Below are positions 13,112 through 21,634 of a stretch of 53,063 bases of DNA, in pieces. This stretch comes from an uncultured Gaiellales bacterium (GTDB taxonomy: Bacteria > Actinomycetota > Thermoleophilia > RBG-16-64-13), in contig CAZCCL010000005.1 in the NCBI GenBank assembly GCA_964497095.1, positions 1 through 53,063 of the forward strand, given 5' to 3'. The notes below the pieces were generated by a model. That model was not told where the DNA came from, ran no database searches, and saw nothing but the letters and a program-made list of their open reading frames with translations. The translations under genes and the position numbers were made by a program. Positions within the stretch are counted from its first letter, which is position 1; every line of letters begins with the position of its first letter.

Positions 13112-13444
13112 CTGAGGAAGCGGACGAACCTCGCCCAGACCGAGGGAGCGACGCGCGTGACGAGACCGGCGGACACTCCAGGGGGGTAGAGCAGGGACCG
13201 GGCAGGCATTCGACTGTCCGGCAGGTAACCGATAGGGGTGGAAAACGGAACCAGTGCAACATGCGTGAATCCAAGACCCCCCGCCTGCGCCGGATCTGGC
13301 CGCCGATCCTTCCTCGTGGGACAACGGTCGCATTATAGAGCAGCGGCCTCCCCGACCGCAAGAAACGGGACGGCTGCTCCGGCCCGTGCCTCCGAGCCGC
13401 GGACCCCGCCCACGGGGCGTCGGGCCCGGCTCACGGAGCCTCAG
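13112..13444 (+). ncRNA. candidate structured RNA with RNase P RNA (class A) specificity-domain-like motifs; catalytic-core motifs not canonical
   Basis: Lies in the 434-bp non-coding gap, on the plus strand.
- UAGAGCAGGG (13187-13196).
- CAGGUAAC (13222-13229), then exactly 20 nt, then ACCAGUGCAACA (13250-13261). E. coli M1 RNA has CAGGUAAC-20 nt-ACCAGUGCAACA.
- GGGACAACGGUCGC..UAUAGAGC..GCGGCC (13318-13348), resembling GGGUGAAAGGGUGCGGUAAGAGCGCACC. The hairpin is kept by different base pairs.
- A hairpin at 13402-13421 followed by CCCGGCUCA (13425-13433).
- GAGACCGG (13162-13169) can pair with CCGGCUC.
- Terminal CUGAGG/CCUCAG pairing (13112-13117 / 13439-13444).
The universal GAGGAAAGUCC motif and the P15 and AGAUGAAUG regions are absent or degenerate. 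All motifs are recalled from memory; no covariance model was run. Confidence 0.35.
13332..13361 (-). promoter_or_regulatory. possible sigma-70-type promoter for the atp operon (TTGCGG-N18-TATAAT)
   Basis: On the minus strand, TTGCGG (13361-13356), an 18-nt spacer, then TATAAT (13337-13332). It would give a leader of about 320 nt. It competes with the plus-strand RNA interpretation of the same bases. Confidence 0.25.
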
Positions 13445-13914
13445 TGCATGTGCACGAGCCGCGTACCCGCCTCCTCGAACACTTCCATGGCCAGTGTATC
13501 CGGGTAAGCGCCTTCGAAGTACACCGCCACTACTTCGGCGTTGACCAGCATCTTGGCGCACACCACACAGGGCTGATGCGTGCAGAAGAGCTCGGCTCCG
13601 CGTATAGCCACTCCGTGATAGGCAGCCTGGATGATCGCGTTCTGCTCGGCATGAAGGCCCCGGCACAACTCGTGACGCTCTCCCGAGGGGACCCCCAGCT
13701 CTTCCCGCAGGCAGCCGCGCTCGGCGCAGTGGCGTAGACCTCGAGGGACCCCGTTATAACCGGTCGCGAGGATCTGCCGGTTCTTCACCAATACCGCCCC
13801 CACCCGACGGCGCAGACAACTGGAACGGGTGGAGACCACCCGGGCGATCTCCATGAAGTAGTCCTCCCAATCCGGGCGGGCCAGCGGCTCCGGTCTCTTT
13901 CCCGGATAGGTCAT
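13441..13914 (-). CDS. comEB: dCMP deaminase (CMP/dCMP zinc-binding deaminase, ComEB type)
   Basis: 157-aa ORF. HAEQNAI and [12 protein letters not shown] form the H-A-E...P-C-x-x-C zinc motif. The start ATG overlaps the glyA stop (TGATG). Confidence 0.9.
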   Translation of the reverse strand: MTYPGKRPEPLARPDWEDYFMEIARVVSTRSSCLRRRVGAVLVKNRQILATGYNGVPRGLRHCAERGCLREELGVPSGERHELCRGLHAEQNAIIQAAYHGVAIRGAELFCTHQPCVVCAKMLVNAEVVAVYFEGAYPDTLAMEVFEEAGTRLVHMH

Positions 13915-15134
13915 CAGCGGCCCAGGGAGTGATAGAGAGGGAAGGCGTCGGTGAGGGCCCGGCTACGCTGCAACAGCCGGTCGAGGGCGGCCTCGGTCGG
14001 CTCCACCGTCAGCGTGTCCAGGATGATCTTCGCCACCTCCCGCATCTCGTCTGGACCGAAGCCCCGAGTGGTCATGGCGGGCGTGCCCAGCCGGATACCG
14101 GACGTGATCGTCGGCGGCCGCTCGTCGTAGGGGACGCTGTTCTTGTTGGTGGTAATCCCCACCCGGTCGAGAAGCTCCTGGGCCCGCTTGCCCGTCATCT
14201 CGGTACCGCTGAAGTCGACCAACATCAGATGGTTGTCGGTCCCCCCAGAAACGAGCTTCAGCCCCCCCTCAAGAAGTCCCTCCGCCAGAGCGGCGGCGTT
14301 CTCCACGGTGCGCCGTTGTTTCCCCTTGAAGTCGTCGGTCATGGCCAAGAAGAAGCACACCGCCTTGCCGGCGATGATGTGTTCCAAGGGCCCTCCCTGC
14401 AGGCCGGGAAAGACGGCGTGATCGAGACGGGCGGCGTCGTCGATCCGGCAGAAGCAGGCACCGCCCCGCGGCCCCGCCAGGGTCTTGTGCGTCGTCGTGC
14501 TGACCCAATCGGCGAACGGGAACGGGGACTGATGCACCCCTCCCGCGACCAGCCCGGCGATATGGGCCATGTCGACCATCAGCTCCGCACCCGCTTCGTC
14601 TGCCACTGCGCGAAAGGCGGCGAAGTCGAGCGCTCGGGGATAGGCACTGGCGCCGGCCACGATGAGCTTCGGCTTGTGTTTCAGGGCCAAAGCCCGCACC
14701 TCGTCCATGTCCACCCGACCGGTCTCGCGGCCGACCCCGTAGTGGAAGAAGGTATATCCCATGCCGGAGAAATTGACCGGGTGCCCGTGCGTCAGGTGCC
14801 CGCCATGGGCCAGGCTCATGGCCAGCACCCGGTCTCCCGGCTCGAGGGCCGCCCAGTAGACGGCTTGGTTGGCGGTGGACCCGGAGTGGGGCTGCACGTT
14901 GGCATGCTCCGCCCCATACAGGGCTTTCGCCCGTTCGATGGCCAGGGCCTCGATGTCGTCGACCACCTCACAGCCCCCGTAGTAGCGGCTTCCCGGGTAG
15001 CCTTCCGCGTACTTGTTGGTAAGGACGCTACCGGTGGCCTGCAGCACAGGGAGAGGCGTGAAGTTCTCCGAGGCGATGAGCTCGATGTTGCGCTGCTGCC
15101 GGCTTAGCTCTCGCGTGATGAGAGAGCTGAGCAT
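13914..15134 (-). CDS. glyA: serine hydroxymethyltransferase
   Basis: The ORF runs to 15260 (TTG). [21 protein letters not shown] and [13 protein letters not shown] (PLP lysine) identify SHMT. I prefer ATG 15134 ([14 protein letters not shown]) because AGGGAGG lies 8 nt upstream and it gives a typical 406 aa. GTG 15188 and TTG 15260 remain possible. Confidence 0.93.
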   Translation of the reverse strand: MLSSLITRELSRQQRNIELIASENFTPLPVLQATGSVLTNKYAEGYPGSRYYGGCEVVDDIEALAIERAKALYGAEHANVQPHSGSTANQAVYWAALEPGDRVLAMSLAHGGHLTHGHPVNFSGMGYTFFHYGVGRETGRVDMDEVRALALKHKPKLIVAGASAYPRALDFAAFRAVADEAGAELMVDMAHIAGLVAGGVHQSPFPFADWVSTTTHKTLAGPRGGACFCRIDDAARLDHAVFPGLQGGPLEHIIAGKAVCFFLAMTDDFKGKQRRTVENAAALAEGLLEGGLKLVSGGTDNHLMLVDFSGTEMTGKRAQELLDRVGITTNKNSVPYDERPPTITSGIRLGTPAMTTRGFGPDEMREVAKIILDTLTVEPTEAALDRLLQRSRALTDAFPLYHSLGR

Positions 15135-15374
15135 GGGGTCGGCCTCCCTGAGCGCCAGGTCTGCATAGCCATCGGAACGGGGGTCCACAGCCAAAGTCGG
15201 TCTCCTGCTGGATGGGGTCCTGCCAGGTGGGATCCTGCCAGGCGAGGTCCGCTGGCCCAAGCATACCAGATGACGGCGACCGTCCCGGCGGGGGAGGGAG
15301 GAACGCGCTGCCTCCCGGCCGGGGTTGCGTACCGGCCGATGGGATCGGGGGACTGCGCCTCAGAGAACCGCGCC

Positions 15375-16919
15375 TCAGAGGACCGCGCCGATGCGCTCCA
15401 ACGTCTCGGCTCCGCCCGCCGCGCCTTCTCTCAGGATGAGAGGAGCGCCACCGCTCGCCAGAGGCCGCAGGTCCACCACAGTGGAGGCTGCCGGAGGCTC
15501 GGCACCGGAAGGCGACCCAGGGCTCGTGAAGGCGACCGAGCAGTGGGCGAGCACCGACGGCTCGACATCGGAAGGCAGCAATGCCTCCTTCCCGCCACTC
15601 AGGTTGGCGCTCGTCGCCGCCAAAGGCGCCTCCAGGGAGGCCAAGAACTCCAGGAGGGCCGGTTGATCCGGGACCCGCACTCCAAGAGAGTCGGCCGTGC
15701 CGACCAGGGGAGGCCGGACGACGGTGGTCTCCACCACGAACGTCAAAGGACCCGGCAGCAGCGCTTTCAGGACCTTGAGAGACCGCTCATCCAAGTCGGG
15801 CAGCGTAGCTTCGATGGCCGCTACCGAGGGGAACAGCACGGCCATCGGCTGGTCCGAGCCCCGGCCTTTGGCTACTGACAACCGGTTGACCCCCGACCGC
15901 GAGTCCCATCGCGCGGCGATGCCGTAGACGGTGTCGGTCGGTACCCCGATCACCGCCCCTACCCCGAGGGCGTCGACCAAGGCCGCTCTCTGCGTCTCGT
16001 CCGGACTGCCCAGAGGCACCAGTGTGGTGCCGGGCAGGGCCGCAGCCACGATGCGCTCCTTGCCGGAGAGGTCCTTGTGCACGGCGACCGAGGCGAAGCC
16101 GGCTTCGCGGGCGAGACCGCCGACAGCCGGAGCCTGCCCATCCCCCACTTCCAGAAGGACGCTCCCGCCGGGCCGAAGCACCCTCGCCGCCTCCGGCACG
16201 AGCAGGCGGAAGACCGCCAGCCCGTCCTCACCGGCCTCCAGGGCGGAGGCCGGCTCGTAGAGGCGGATATCGGGTGCCAGCTCTCCCATGTCTCCCGAGG
16301 TCACATAGGGGGGATTGCTGACCACCAAGTGGAGGCTGTCGTCGCCCATTCCGGTCAGGAGGTCGGCATGGCTGAGCTCGACCAGCCTCTCCAGCCCCAG
16401 CGCCGCTCGATTCCGGCCGGCGACCCGCAGGGCCTCCGCGCTTGCATCTGTAGCAAGCACCCGTAGTCCCGTCTCATGGGCAAGGCTGAGGGCGATCGCT
16501 CCGGAACCGGTCCCCACGTCGGCGATCAAGGTGGGGGGCATCTCCCCAGCCGTGGCCGCGCAAGCCTCCCAGGCCGGTCTCAGGCGCAGCAACTCCAGGG
16601 CCACGTCGACCAGCTCCTCCGTCTCGGGCCTCGGGATCAGTACCGCCGGGGACACCTCCAGACACAGCCGCCGGAAGTATGCGCGCCCCAGGATGTAGGC
16701 GACCGGCTCGTGCCGGGCCCGTCGTCTGACCAGAGCGCGATAGCGGTCCAACTCGCGAGACGTGAGGGGGCGATCGTACTCGGTGTAGAGTTCGATGCGT
16801 TCCATCCCGAGCGTCTCCGCCAGGAGCAGCTCGGCATCGAGCCGCGGCGAGCCGGAGCCCTTATCCCTCAAATACCCGGTCGTCGCATCGAGCACTGCGC
16901 CTATGGTCCAGCGGTCCAT
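15375..16919 (-). CDS. prmC: fusion protein: release-factor glutamine N5-methyltransferase (PrmC/HemK) + L-threonylcarbamoyladenylate synthase domain (TsaC/Sua5/YrdC)
   Basis: 514-aa ORF. The N-terminal ~295 aa carry DVGTGSGAIALSLA (SAM site) and VVSNPPYV (NPPY). The C-terminal ~210 aa carry VIGVPTDTVYGIAA, KGRGSDQPMAVLF, LGVRVPD and PLAATSANLSG (YrdC fold). Lies directly downstream of prfA. Confidence 0.88.
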   Translation of the reverse strand: MDRWTIGAVLDATTGYLRDKGSGSPRLDAELLLAETLGMERIELYTEYDRPLTSRELDRYRALVRRRARHEPVAYILGRAYFRRLCLEVSPAVLIPRPETEELVDVALELLRLRPAWEACAATAGEMPPTLIADVGTGSGAIALSLAHETGLRVLATDASAEALRVAGRNRAALGLERLVELSHADLLTGMGDDSLHLVVSNPPYVTSGDMGELAPDIRLYEPASALEAGEDGLAVFRLLVPEAARVLRPGGSVLLEVGDGQAPAVGGLAREAGFASVAVHKDLSGKERIVAAALPGTTLVPLGSPDETQRAALVDALGVGAVIGVPTDTVYGIAARWDSRSGVNRLSVAKGRGSDQPMAVLFPSVAAIEATLPDLDERSLKVLKALLPGPLTFVVETTVVRPPLVGTADSLGVRVPDQPALLEFLASLEAPLAATSANLSGGKEALLPSDVEPSVLAHCSVAFTSPGSPSGAEPPAASTVVDLRPLASGGAPLILREGAAGGAETLERIGAVL

Positions 16920-16944
16920 AGAGACCCTGTCCCCGCTCGGGCGG

Positions 16945-18021
16945 TCAGAAGGCGGCCGCGGCGAGTTGCTCGGCCCGCTCGTTGGCCTTTAGGGCTTCGG
17001 TGAACTCCTCGAGTTCGCCCTGCAGCACGGCTTCTAAGCGGTGCGAGGTCAGTCCGATGCGGTGGTCGGTGACCCGTCCCTGTGGGAAATTGTAGGTGCG
17101 GACCTTCTGGGCCCGGTCACCGGTGCCCACCTGGCTGCGGCGTTGCGCGGCCAGCTGGGCGTCTTGCTCCGCCTGCGCCAGGTCGTACAGGCGCGCCCGC
17201 AGGATGCGGAAGGCCCGTTCCTTGTTCTGAAGCTGCGACTTCTCATCTTGGCAGGAGACCACCAGCCCTGTGGGGATGTGGGTGAGCCTGACCGCCGAGT
17301 CGGTCGTGTTGACCGACTGTCCGCCCGGACCGGTCGAGCGGTACACATCGACCCGCACGTCGTTGGGGTCGACGTGGATCTCGACGTCTTCCACCTCGGG
17401 GAGCACGGCGACGGTGGCTGTGGACGTGTGTATCCGCCCGGTGGACTCGGTCACCGGCACCCGCTGCACCCTATGTACGCCGGACTCGTATTTGAGGGCA
17501 CCATAGGCCCCCCGGCCCTTGACCTCGAAGATGATCTCCTTGAGCCCCCCCAGGGAGGCTTCGGTGGTGGAGAGGATCTCGGTTTTGAAGCGCATGCGCT
17601 CCGCATAGCGGACCAACATGCGCTGGATCTCGGCGGCGAACAGAGCCGCCTCGTCTCCCCCCGCACCGGCGCGCACTTCCACGATGGCGTTCTTCTCGTC
17701 GCGCGGGTCCTTCTCCAAGACCGCGGCGCGCAGCTCCTGCTCGAGCGCATCCAGCTTCTCCCGAGCGCCTGCCTTCTCCTCTGCGATGAACTCCTTCATC
17801 TCGGGATCCAGACCACCCTCGTCGAGCATGGCTTCAGCTTCTTCCAGAGACGCCCGTGTCTCCCGATAGGCGACCGCCAAACGGTACGCGGGCTCGAGGT
17901 CGGAGTGGGCCTTCGATATCTCGGCATAGCGACCCGGGTCCCTCAGCACTTCGGGGTCGGCCAGCTCCTCCATGAGGGCGGCGTACTTGTCTTCGATCTC
18001 TGTCACCAGGCGTTCGATCAT
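16945..18021 (-). CDS. prfA: peptide chain release factor 1
   Basis: 358-aa ORF. The PVT tripeptide region (RVQRVPVTES) and the GGQ motif (STGPGGQSVNTTDSAVRLTHIPTG) are present. Confidence 0.97.
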   Translation of the reverse strand: MIERLVTEIEDKYAALMEELADPEVLRDPGRYAEISKAHSDLEPAYRLAVAYRETRASLEEAEAMLDEGGLDPEMKEFIAEEKAGAREKLDALEQELRAAVLEKDPRDEKNAIVEVRAGAGGDEAALFAAEIQRMLVRYAERMRFKTEILSTTEASLGGLKEIIFEVKGRGAYGALKYESGVHRVQRVPVTESTGRIHTSTATVAVLPEVEDVEIHVDPNDVRVDVYRSTGPGGQSVNTTDSAVRLTHIPTGLVVSCQDEKSQLQNKERAFRILRARLYDLAQAEQDAQLAAQRRSQVGTGDRAQKVRTYNFPQGRVTDHRIGLTSHRLEAVLQGELEEFTEALKANERAEQLAAAAF

Positions 18022-18058
18022 ATCTATCGTCTCCGGGCCGGGGCTCCCCGCCCTGTGC

Positions 18059-19165
18059 CTACACCGCGGGCTCGGCGAGGGTGGGCCGGTCGGCCTCGTC
18101 CAGGCGCATGACCTCGTCCAGAGCGGCAGCGGCCACCTCGAGCTGGTCGTGGGTAGGTTCGCGAGTGGTCAACCGCTGGAGCTGGATCCCAGGCCACAGC
18201 ACTATCCGGGCAAAGAACCCGTTGGAGTGCTTACCCGCCCATTTTATGCCTATCTCGTAGGCGATGCCCACGATGATGGGTATGCCGATGAGACGCGACA
18301 GGACCAACCAAGGAAGAGAGGGCTTCCCGATGATGGCGAAAAAGAAGACGGAGATGACCATCACCAGCAGCAAGAACCCGGTCCCACAGCGAGGATGGAG
18401 CGTGGAGTAGTTGCCGGCCTGCTCGGCATCGGGCCTGCCGCACGATTCGTAGGCATGGATCACCTTGTGCTCGGCCCCGTGATACTGGAACACTCTGCGG
18501 AGATCGGGAATGAGCGAGATCCCCACGATGTAGAGGATGAAGATGGCGATACGGATGAGCCCTTCCACCAGATTGAACAGGAAGGGGTTCGCGAAGGTGG
18601 ACTCGAACTGCTTCACCACGAAGAGCGGGATCACCACGAAGAACGCCACCGCCATGGCCACAGCCACGGTCACGGTCACGGCCAGCTCTTTCCAGCCGAA
18701 CGAAAGCGGCGGCTTGTCCGAGCCGGCGCGAGCCGGTGCCTCCGCTGCCGAGGTGGAGACCCGTTCCCCCTCGGTGGTTGCGGGCACTCCTTCGGACGAA
18801 GCCTCGGTGGAAGCGCCATGACCGGTGGATGATTCGGCGGAGTCCGTGGCGGGGTCTTCGAGACCGATGTTCGCCGAGATCCCCAGGGCCTTTATCCCCA
18901 GGCTCAGAGACTCCCAGAGAGCGGCCACTCCCCGCACGATGGGCAGCCTCAGTACACGATGGCGCGAGCTCGCCGCTTCCAGGGGATAGCCGACCCGCGC
19001 GATCCCTCCGGAAGGTCGGCGCACCGCTACCCCCCACGAGTGAGCGCCGCGCATCATGACCCCTTCGATGACCGCCTGGCCACCAAAGGTGTGATCGTGG
19101 GAACAGGAGGCTGCGCTCTGATCCCCCGCTCCGGACTCGTTCGCCGTCGAGGTAGTGATCGCCAA
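18059..19165 (-). CDS. DUF1385-family membrane protein
   Basis: The ORF extends to 19378 but would overlap thyX. TTG at 19165 is preceded by AGGA, 6 nt upstream and just after the thyX stop. FGGQAVIEGVMMRG, LRLPIVRGV and HGAEHKVIHAYE are the motifs I associate with DUF1385, which commonly neighbours prfA/prmC in Gram-positives. Carries an acidic/Ser-Thr-rich insert (EDPATDSAESSTGHGASTEASSEG...). Confidence 0.8.
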   Translation of the reverse strand: MAITTSTANESGAGDQSAASCSHDHTFGGQAVIEGVMMRGAHSWGVAVRRPSGGIARVGYPLEAASSRHRVLRLPIVRGVAALWESLSLGIKALGISANIGLEDPATDSAESSTGHGASTEASSEGVPATTEGERVSTSAAEAPARAGSDKPPLSFGWKELAVTVTVAVAMAVAFFVVIPLFVVKQFESTFANPFLFNLVEGLIRIAIFILYIVGISLIPDLRRVFQYHGAEHKVIHAYESCGRPDAEQAGNYSTLHPRCGTGFLLLVMVISVFFFAIIGKPSLPWLVLSRLIGIPIIVGIAYEIGIKWAGKHSNGFFARIVLWPGIQLQRLTTREPTHDQLEVAAAALDEVMRLDEADRPTLAEPAV

Positions 19166-19173
19166 CCTAGATC

Positions 19174-19920
19174 CTAGTCCGAGATAGACCCGACGAGGTC
19201 CATAGCCAGGACCTCTTCCTCCGAATAAGGCGAGCCACACGACATCTTGCCTTCGGGGCACCCGCCCGTCATGCAGCCCGGACCCGTATCGTCGAAGAGC
19301 AGGGGTGCCACCGAACAGGCCAGATGACGTATGGTCCAAGCCAGCCGGTTTATCTCCCACTGCGCTCGACGACAGCAACGCAAAGCGAAGAAATGCCTGA
19401 GCTCACGCGCGTTCATGGTCACCACGATCTTCGTCTCGGCCGCATTGGGCAACACGAAGCGGGCATCCTCGAAAACGGACTCGTTGCCCCGTCCCTCAGC
19501 CAGACCGAGCGCCACCAGACGCTCATAGGAGCGACGGGCGTTCTCCATGGCCTCGTAGAAGACGGCCCGGGCCTCGGGAGACGCCTCGATGCTCGGGGGT
19601 ATCACGAAATCTCCCGAGGAGTCGAAACGCACGTACCGTTGGGACTGTTGACTGTAGGAAGCGACCCGATGTCGGACCAGTTGGTGGGAGCAGGCCCTCG
19701 ATATCCCCTCGACGGCGAAAGTGAAGGCGGCATGCTCCAGAGCGCTCATGTGACCGGATTGCACCAGTCCGCGCACGAGACGCCGGACCTCGTCGTCGCT
19801 CATGGCGTCCTTCAGTTCGGCGGCACCGACCGGCGCATAGCAAAGCCTTCCCGCAGAGGCCACCGCCCGCTCCGGCCGAGGAGTGTGCTGGAGAAGCGCT
19901 ACATTGAGCTCGGCGGTCAC
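19174..19920 (-). CDS. thyX: FAD-dependent thymidylate synthase
   Basis: 248-aa ORF with the ThyX motif RHRVASYSQQSQRY (RHRxxSxxxxSxR). Confidence 0.93.
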   Translation of the reverse strand: MTAELNVALLQHTPRPERAVASAGRLCYAPVGAAELKDAMSDDEVRRLVRGLVQSGHMSALEHAAFTFAVEGISRACSHQLVRHRVASYSQQSQRYVRFDSSGDFVIPPSIEASPEARAVFYEAMENARRSYERLVALGLAEGRGNESVFEDARFVLPNAAETKIVVTMNARELRHFFALRCCRRAQWEINRLAWTIRHLACSVAPLLFDDTGPGCMTGGCPEGKMSCGSPYSEEEVLAMDLVGSISD

Positions 19921-19932
19921 GGCCGAAGAGGG

Positions 19933-20145
19933 TTAAGTCTTCTTCTCGGCGCGGCGGTACTTCTTGTTGAACCTCTCCACCCGGCCGGCGGTGTCCACCA
20001 GTTTCTGCTTGCCGGTATAGAAGGGATGACAGGCTGAGCACACCTCGACCTTGATCTCCGGAAGGGTCGAGTGAGTCATGAATGTTTCGCCGCAAGAGCA
20101 AGTGACCTTGCTCTCAACGTATTCAGGATGTATGTCGTCCTTCAA
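19933..20145 (-). CDS. rpmE: 50S ribosomal protein L31 (zinc-binding type)
   Basis: The ORF extends to 20193. TTG at 20145 is preceded by GGAGG plus 4 nt and yields (M)[21 protein letters not shown]...[14 protein letters not shown], the canonical L31 N-terminus and Cys motifs. Confidence 0.93.
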   Translation of the reverse strand: MKDDIHPEYVESKVTCSCGETFMTHSTLPEIKVEVCSACHPFYTGKQKLVDTAGRVERFNKKYRRAEKKT

Positions 20146-20271
20146 GGTGCCTCCGATGACACGTCCCGCAGGAAAGTAAGCCCGAAAAGGCAAGATATGA
20201 TAGCACGAGGCACCCGAAGCGGGTCGCGCACCGCGGACCGACCGGGGAGGACCTTCCGCCCAAGCCGGGCT

Positions 20272-21600
20272 CTAGAGTCTCTTGAGAAGCGTCTTCGCCA
20301 GCCCCACGGCCTCGCCGGCCGTCGTCACTTCCTCCGCCTCCCACGCCAGTCTGACCTCATGCAGGATCTCGCCCAGTCGAGGGCCCGGAGCCAGATCGAG
20401 CTCCCGCATGAGCGTATCCCCGTTGACCGGCAAGCGCGAGGGTCGACCGAACGCTCGGTCCGCCCATAGGGCCATCAGCTTCCGACCGGGCTCCAAGACT
20501 CCCGGTGGAGGTAGCGCATCAGCGGCCGCCGCGCCGACAGGCAGACCACTGGTGCAGGCAGCCAGGATGATCGACTCCGGCTCCCAGGGCGCCGAGTCCC
20601 ACAAGAACAGCACCGCCGCACGGGGGGACCGGACCGCCTCCTGAAACATGTCTGAGCTGCATCGCCTCTCGTTAAAACACGCACTGACGGACCGCAGTAG
20701 AGAAAGCATCGCGGCCGACAATCGCAGCCTGCGAGCGGCCGCCGAGGCCCGCTCGGGAGGAAGGCGGTGCGTGATCACAGCCAGTCGCAGGGCTACCGTC
20801 CGCGTCCAGGCTCCATCGACGGGATCGGCCAGCCGCACCGAGACGGCCCCTGCGGACCGCGGAAACCAGGAGGAGAGGTGCGCACATGCGTGGTCGAGCC
20901 GCTCCAGCGCCATCTCGATCGCGCTGCGTGCAACCTCACCTTCGGCGGCGTCACCCCAAGACGAGGCCACCTTCGGCAGAATGGGCTCGAGCAGGCCGAG
21001 CCCATCCCAAAGCCGTATCACCTCCGCCGAGGGACTCTTGGCCAGGGTGAGGGTCAACTCGGTCGCGATCCGCTCCGGGGCGACACGGGTGAGCTCCGAG
21101 ACCTGGGAGCGCAGCAGGGTCTCCAACGGAGGATCCAAGCGTAAGCCCAGCACGTGGCAGAAGCGGGCGGCCCGCACGAGGCGCAGGGGATCGTCGAGGA
21201 ATATCCCTTCCGACACCGCCACCAGACGCTTCTCCCGTAGATGCATGCGACCTCCGAAAGGATCCACGAGGTCGCCGCCGTCCACGGGGATAGCCATCGC
21301 GTTCATCGTGAAATCGCGCTGGACCAGATCGTCGAGGATGCCGGTACCCCGGATAGCCGCCACGTCGACGTGACCTCTGTCTCCCATCACCCGATACGCC
21401 CCATGACCAGCGGAGAGGGCGAACCAGGGAGAGGCCAACCGGTCGGCGATCTCCCGGGCGACCGCAGCCGGATCGTCGGCTACGACGAGATCCAGGTCGG
21501 GCGAGTGATGTCCGCACTCCCGGTCGCGCACCGTGCCCCCCACCAGCCAGCCCTCGCTCCGACGGTGGCGCAACGTGCCGGTCACTGCCTCCAACATCAT
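20272..21600 (-). CDS. cca: CCA-adding tRNA nucleotidyltransferase / poly(A) polymerase family protein
   Basis: 442-aa ORF. GWLVGGTVRDRECGHHSPDLDLVV (class II nucleotidyltransferase head), RDFTMNAMA and DPLRLVRAARF. Confidence 0.85.
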   Translation of the reverse strand: MMLEAVTGTLRHRRSEGWLVGGTVRDRECGHHSPDLDLVVADDPAAVAREIADRLASPWFALSAGHGAYRVMGDRGHVDVAAIRGTGILDDLVQRDFTMNAMAIPVDGGDLVDPFGGRMHLREKRLVAVSEGIFLDDPLRLVRAARFCHVLGLRLDPPLETLLRSQVSELTRVAPERIATELTLTLAKSPSAEVIRLWDGLGLLEPILPKVASSWGDAAEGEVARSAIEMALERLDHACAHLSSWFPRSAGAVSVRLADPVDGAWTRTVALRLAVITHRLPPERASAAARRLRLSAAMLSLLRSVSACFNERRCSSDMFQEAVRSPRAAVLFLWDSAPWEPESIILAACTSGLPVGAAAADALPPPGVLEPGRKLMALWADRAFGRPSRLPVNGDTLMRELDLAPGPRLGEILHEVRLAWEAEEVTTAGEAVGLAKTLLKRL

Positions 21601-21634
21601 CTGGTGCCTCTCAGATAGTGCCCCTTGAGGGGCG

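Noticed and set aside
13171-13240. tmRNA-like (GGGG...AUUCGAC) or SRP RNA-like (GUCCGG..CAGG) start on the plus strand.
   Set aside because: No tRNA-like 3' end (T-arm plus CCA) lies within reach before the dCMP deaminase CDS. The SRP core GGAAGCAGCC-type motif is absent. The same bases fit RNase P-like blocks better.
15135-15260. ZTP (pfl) riboswitch upstream of glyA, suggested by ACCUCGCCUGGCAGG resembling the 3' CCGCCUGGGCA motif. Also considered: the longer glyA starts at 15188 and 15260.
   Set aside because: The conserved 5' GACUGGCG sub-domain is missing, and the 3' motif has a deletion. The upstream starts lack a good RBS and add a non-conserved repeat-encoded extension, whereas ATG 15134 has AGGGAGG at ideal spacing. 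I keep this as an open question rather than a call.
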